Shown piece after piece: positions 63,375-64,000 of a stretch of DNA of 64,000 bases. This DNA is from a bacterium (GTDB taxonomy: Bacteria; UBA6262; WVXT01): assembly GCA_046759165.1 (NCBI GenBank), contig JBHIBS010000001.1, positions 1 to 64,000 on the forward strand, written 5' to 3'. Position 1 is the first letter of the stretch, and the number at the start of each line of letters is the position of its first letter. The position numbers were made by a program, and so were the translations under genes. The notes under the pieces were generated by a model. That model had not been told where the DNA came from. It saw only the letters and a list, made by a program, of their open reading frames with translations, and searched no databases.

Positions 63375-64000
63375 CTACGATTCAGGCGGGACACCGAGAT
63401 GGTGCATAATTCTCAATCCAACTCGTGCGAATACCGGAGCAGCCACGCTTCCTCCCCAGTAAAATCCTTGTGGCTCATCCAGTAGGACCAAGATAGTGAT
63501 CCTCGGTCGGTCTGCTGGGAGATAACCAACGAATGAGGCAATGTAGTTTGTTTTAGAATACTTACCAGTGGCTGGGTCGAATTTTTGAGCGGTTCCCGTC
63601 TTACCAGCTACCCTATACCCTACAATTTCTGCTTCTTTCCCCGTGCCATTTTCTACAATTCCGCACAAAATATCGGTTAAAGTTTGCGCTGTCTTAGAAG
63701 AAATCACCCGCCTAACCGGGCAGGGGTGGAATTCTGTCACCACTTTTCCCTTAGAATCGATGATTCTGTTAGCAATCATGGGTTCCATCAACACTCCTCC
63801 ATTGGCCAAACATGAAAAGGCAGAAATAAGCTGGATGGCAGTTACTCCTACGCCCTGCCCGAAAGAGAGGCGGCTGAGAGATATTTCTGACCAATCTTTT
63901 GGTTTCTTCAAAATTCCCGGCGTCTCACCCGGCAACCTAATTCCCGTGTAGTTGCCAAAACCGAAATCCCTTACGTACTGGTACAACCTATTTTTCCCCA
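63375..64000 (-). CDS. ftsI: Class B penicillin-binding protein FtsI, C-terminal part (runs off window)
   Basis: SFGQG, G.LM.P, AGKTGTAQK, AAPVF; upstream of murE. Confidence 0.93.
   Translation of the reverse strand, partial: GKNRLYQYVRDFGFGNYTGIRLPGETPGILKKPKDWSEISLSRLSFGQGVGVTAIQLISAFSCLANGGVLMEPMIANRIIDSKGKVVTEFHPCPVRRVISSKTAQTLTDILCGIVENGTGKEAEIVGYRVAGKTGTAQKFDPATGKYSKTNYIASFVGYLPADRPRITILVLLDEPQGFYWGGSVAAPVFARVGLRIMHHLGVPPES

Overview
A 64 kb core-genome segment of a bacterium, probably an uncultured diderm lineage (it encodes a secreted beta-barrel-like protein and PilT; phylum not assigned). Every credible gene is on the minus strand. In transcription order (right to left): a dcw cluster (ftsI'-murE-murF-mraY-murD-ftsW-murG-murC, then a three-gene PlsC-like acyltransferase / DUF362 Fe-S protein / 7TM-GAF histidine kinase insert, then murB-ddl-ftsQ-ftsA-ftsZ-pilT-pgeF); a 59-aa excisionase/BldC-like HTH gene missed by the ORF track and a decayed PilZ gene; yggS-proC-yggT-mtnA-ileS-lspA-rluD; remA-gmk-rpoZ-coaBC-udg-priA-fmt-rsmB-PASTA-rpe; rpsP-khpA-rimM-trmD-rplS-yraN; a small accessory patch; rho; a full rRNA operon (16S, tRNA-Ile, tRNA-Ala, 23S with a helix-25 insertion, 5S); EF-G2; yebC-ruvCAB-queH-spoIID-queA; and an HD gene apparently cut at the window edge. 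I saw no CRISPR array, integrase or intact transposase. Best leads: (1) a possible signal-synthesis plus sensor cassette inside the dcw operon; (2) tandem (D/E)RR arginine motifs, possibly c-di-GMP binding, fused to ProC and PlsC near a PilZ relic; (3) REP-like palindromes between genes, in-frame inside housekeeping genes and possibly in rRNA. All family assignments are by eye from motifs and gene order; no database search was run.
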